A stretch of 50,648 nucleotides of DNA, counting the filler, from a bacterium (GTDB lineage: Bacteria; UBA9089; CG2-30-40-21; SBAY01): NCBI GenBank assembly GCA_040757115.1. It is 3 parts of 3 records of this genome, joined end to end, with 100 filler letters (N's around TTAATTAATTAA, not from the genome) between each part and the next. Parts side by side here need not be neighbours in the genome. Positions count along the whole stretch, not along the records: positions 33,905 to 50,648 come from JBFLYA010000077.1; 2 more parts are not named here. One strand, given 5' to 3'. The position numbers and the translations under genes were made by a program. A model generated the notes under the pieces. The model saw only the letters and a program-made list of their open reading frames with translations, searched no databases and was not told where the DNA came from. Of this stretch, positions 49,601 through 50,648 are shown in pieces. Position 1 is the stretch's first letter. The number at the start of each line of letters is the position of its first letter.

Positions 49601-50648
49601 CGAGTCCCGAGTCCCGAGTCCCGAGTCCCGACCTCCGAGTCCCGAGTCCCGAGTCCCGAGCCAAAAGTAATAATAACTAAGCCGGATATAAATGAGCGAG
49701 TGATAAAGGGAGGCGAGGTTAAGGTTGAGGTTAAAGGTAGTGAGATAAAAGGTCAGGAAGTTATTGCTAAATCAGGAGTTAGTGACCAATTACCAATTAC
49801 CAATTACCAATTACCGATAACCGACCAGGAATTACCTGTTACTGCTAATCCGAAAGTAGTAATAACTAATCTGGATGTCAATGGAATCCCGAGTCCCGAG
49901 TCCCGAGTCCCGAGTCCCGAGTCCCGAGCCCCGAGCCCCAATCCGAAAGTAATAATAACTAAGCCGGATGTCAATGAGCGAGTGATAAAGGGAGGCGAGG
50001 TTAAGGTTGAGGTTAAAGGTAGTGAGATAAAGGGGCAGGAAGTTACTGCTAAATCAGGAGTTAGTGACCAATTACCAATTACCAATTACCAATTACCGAT
50101 TACAATAGAATCTGTAAAAGTAGAAATTCCAGAAAATGTAAAATTAGATAAAAAAGAGAACTTTAGTGTATCAACAGAGATATCGATAAGGGAAGAGAAG
50201 ATAGAGATGATGCCAAAGATGGAACAACCAAAACATAATATATCACCAGAGGTTAAGGTCAAAGAGCCTGAATTAAGAGACGGCACGACGATAAAAGATG
50301 AGAAGATAGAGATGGAAATAAAGCAAGAACAACCAAAACATAATATGCCAGCAGAGGTTAAGGTCAAAGAGCCTGAATTAAGAGACGGCACGACGATAAA
50401 AGAAGAGAAGATAGAGATGGAAACAAAGCAAGAACAACCAAAACATAATATGCCAGCAGAGGTTAAGGTCAAAGAGCCTGAATTAAGAGACGGCACGACG
50501 ATAAAAGAAGAGAAGATAGAAATGGAAACAAAGCAAGAACAACCAAAACATAATATGCCAGCAGAGGTTAAGGTCAAAGAGCCTGAATTAAGAGACGGCA
50601 CGACGATAAAAGAAGAGAAGATAGAGATGGAAACAAAGCAAGAACAAC
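46685..50648 (+). CDS. Very long repeat-rich protein, probable flagellar hook-length control protein FliK (partial; absent from the ORF track)
   Basis: GTG start after a GGGTGA RBS-like site; frame appears open to the window end (at least 1321 codons); all repeat spacings are multiples of 3. FliK call rests on position after motE/ylxF only. Confidence 0.7.
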   Translation, partial: MKVLFSKAGLQFNKFLDIQNEENLIINKGSFLSHLVQSAMKEDRRISLNNLSSFKTPALPDLFKNMPGDVPSSKIYITSMEKLPQKVVEKFLGLKKDVPQLIITEVIDHPNPLFGHPKPVFATPDVNLRTIEKNPLIKEREIKDKSSEVKEKSVSAELRGSDRLPITDQELPITANPKVVITKPDVHGVPSPEPRAPSPNPKVIITKPDVNERVIKGGEVKVEVKGSEIKGQEVIAKSGVSDQLPITNYQLPITDQELPVTANPKVVITKPDVNERVIKGGEVKVEVKGSEIKGQEATANQGLPITSYQLPITNCEIKGQEVTVKSGVSDQLPITNYQLPITDQELPVTANPKVVITKPDVNGIPSPESRAPSPESRVPSPNPKVVITKPDVNERVIKGGEVKVEVKGSEIKGQEVTAKSGVSDQLPITNYQLPITDQELPITANPKVVITKPDVNGIPSPESRVPSPESRAPSPNPKVIITKPDINERVIKGGEVKVEVKGSEIKGQEVTAKSGVSDQLPITNYQLPITDQELPITANPKVVITKPDINERVIKGGEVKVEVKGSEIKGQEVTTKSGVSDQLPITNYQLPITDQELPVTANPKVVITKPDVNGVPNPESRAPSPEPRVPSPEPKVIITKPDINERVIKGGEVKVEVKGSEIKGQEVIAKSGVSDQLPITNYQLPMTDQELPITANPKVVITKPDVNGIPSPESRVPSPESRAPSPNPKVLITKPDINERVIKGGEVKVEVKGSEIKGQEVTAKSGVSDQLPITNYQLPITDQELSVTANPKVVITKPDINERVIKGGEVKVEVKGSEIKGQEVIAKSGVSDQLPITNYQLPITDQELPVTANPKVVITNLDVNGIPSPESRVPSPESRVPTPESRVPSPEPKVIITKPDVNERVIKGGEVKVEVKGSEIKGQEVIAKSGVSDQLPITNYQLPITDQQLPVTATPKAVITKPDVHGVPSPEPRVPSPESRVPTSESRVPSPEPKVIITKPDINERVIKGGEVKVEVKGSEIKGQEVIAKSGVSDQLPITNYQLPITDQELPVTANPKVVITNLDVNGIPSPESRVPSPESRAPSPNPKVIITKPDVNERVIKGGEVKVEVKGSEIKGQEVTAKSGVSDQLPITNYQLPITIESVKVEIPENVKLDKKENFSVSTEISIREEKIEMMPKMEQPKHNISPEVKVKEPELRDGTTIKDEKIEMEIKQEQPKHNMPAEVKVKEPELRDGTTIKEEKIEMETKQEQPKHNMPAEVKVKEPELRDGTTIKEEKIEMETKQEQPKHNMPAEVKVKEPELRDGTTIKEEKIEMETKQEQ
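47165..50105 (+). repeat. Intragenic composite repeats, 11 units
   Basis: Anchor GGGAGGCGAG spaced 189, 357, 282, 189, 282, 282, 189, 303, 303, 282 nt; embedded CCAATTA and GTCCCGA heptamers. Confidence 0.95.
50195..50648 (+). repeat. Intragenic 105-nt (35-aa) tandem repeat, more than 4 copies
   Basis: Unit EKIEMETKQEQPKHNMPAEVKVKEPELRDGTTIKE. Confidence 0.95.

Noticed and set aside
46936-50601. Six minus-strand ORFs in the terminal repeat region
   Set aside because: All lie in one frame as shadows of the long + strand ORF.
47165-50648. Possible CRISPR array
   Set aside because: No unique spacers, units keep the reading frame, and no cas genes are present.

Overview
Bacterial, AT-rich, apparently diderm genome (LPS heptosyltransferase, TolC, PorV-like barrel). 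The window is three contigs joined by artificial 100-nt N/TTAATTAATTAA linkers (16933-17032, 33805-33904), so no adjacency is assumed across them. Segment 1 is signalling-rich: CheB, two GGDEF proteins, an HD-GYP protein, bioU, and a duplicated [double-domain KaiC-like ATPase + small helical partner] module in line with c-di-GMP enzymes. Segment 2 holds a 14-kb minus-strand operon that looks like an uncharacterised RiPP cluster: HPr-kinase-like protein, PqqD/RRE, radical SAM-SPASM enzyme, an unannotated 44-aa Cys/Lys-rich precursor (29540-29674), S24/S26 peptidase, nucleotidyltransferase and two export systems. It is bracketed by sphingolipid-type genes (IS21-truncated SPT-like gene, bCerS-like GNAT, terminal SDR). 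Segment 3 is mostly housekeeping (prmC, prfA, thyX, rpmE, tRNA-Leu, hemA, glmS, hisF) and ends in an unannotated repeat-expanded ORF of at least 1321 codons in the fliK position. Intergenic DNA is full of nested miniature inverted-repeat elements (several with exact 8-bp target duplications) carrying GxxExxY, DUF559 and four-helix-bundle genes or remnants, plus heptamer arrays. All family calls come from motif recognition by eye; no searches were run.
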